64,000 nt of DNA from an uncultured Methanosarcinales archaeon. GTDB lineage: Archaea; Nanobdellota; Nanobdellia; Woesearchaeales; GW2011-AR9. The notes beneath the pieces are model-generated. The model saw only the letters and a list, made by a program, of their open reading frames with translations, was not told the DNA's origin and ran no database searches. The stretch lies in NCBI GenBank assembly GCA_964343575.1, contig CAYFJV010000002.1, positions 69,585-133,584 on the forward strand, given 5' to 3'. Position 1 is the first letter of the stretch, and each line of letters opens with the position of its first letter. The position numbers and the translations under genes are program-made. Below are positions 63,645-64,000 of this stretch, in pieces.

Positions 63645-64000
63645 TTAAAATCTTCTTTCTGTTATGGCTCCTTTGATTCTTTGTCCATCATTTAGATAGA
63701 GAGTTAATCTTACATTGCTATAGGGCGTTTCTTCTGCACCAGATTTCGGAGGATTAGCCGGGGTAGAAAGTCCTACTTTCATCAGCACCATTGGATCTGC
63801 ACTTACTCTGTCAGAAAGAATGCCTCCAAGTCTTTTGGTTCTTGTTTCACTTCTCACAAGATTACAATCCGTAACCCTTGCACCACTATGGCCTGCTTCC
63901 TCAAGAAATTTAGGTAGTCCGTACTCTTCAGGATCTGCTGCAGTGTAACGAGAAACTCTTTGATGGTTGGGTGTACTATCTATAGTTCTTCTTGACTCAA
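63645..64000 (-). CDS. Partial CDS (C-terminal end), unknown function; continues beyond the window end
   Basis: The open frame on the minus strand runs to the window edge. No family recognised. Confidence 0.25.
   Translation of the reverse strand, partial: ESRRTIDSTPNHQRVSRYTAADPEEYGLPKFLEEAGHSGARVTDCNLVRSETRTKRLGGILSDRVSADPMVLMKVGLSTPANPPKSGAEETPYSNVRLTLYLNDGQRIKGAITERRF

Overview
This is an AT-rich archaeal window (about 36-40% GC), and the many small basic-tailed proteins and giant surface proteins give it a DPANN-like flavour.

The first 38 kb are mostly housekeeping genes. A partial AsnB-like amidotransferase at the window start is fused in one reading frame to a DUF71/Dph6-type PP-loop domain. 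A replication neighbourhood follows: the two DNA polymerase D subunits, Orc1/Cdc6, MCM, TBP and a candidate oriC. Next comes a tRNA-modification island: a ThiI-like THUMP protein, a peptidase U32 homolog, an E1-like MoeB/UbaA, the 2-thiouridine synthetase NcsA/TtuA and a SAMP ubiquitin-like carrier ending in Gly-Gly. A bacterial-type prolipoprotein diacylglyceryl transferase (Lgt) then sits beside a lipobox protein. Translation and transcription genes are scattered through this region: eL43, RpoP, tRNA-Pro, aIF2-beta, a TFE-alpha with a long Lys/Ala tail, TyrRS, RNase Z, Hjc, prefoldin-beta and RNase P Rpp30.

The most striking feature is a roughly 21.5 kb accessory locus at 39.4-60.9 kb. It holds about 20 co-directional, tightly spaced and partly overlapping genes. 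At least 14 begin with class III (type IV prepilin-like) signal peptides of the form [KR]-[KR]-G|Q followed by a hydrophobic stretch. They include two unannotated 42-44 aa mini-pilins and several large, acidic, Cys-rich proteins. A 2141-aa Sec-secreted, C-terminally anchored adhesin-like giant with CarboxypepD_reg-like and TSP3-type Ca-binding repeats lies in the same locus. No assembly ATPase, membrane platform or prepilin peptidase is present in the window.

Other notable items are a GC-rich (about 48%) Arg/Gly-rich ORFan with a capsid-like basic N-arm, GC-rich intergenic islands that look like structured RNAs, a recurrent palindromic BRE/TATA motif (AAAGCTTTATAA) 20-35 nt upstream of many start codons, and a ZIP transporter paired with a His/Asp-rich lipobox protein.
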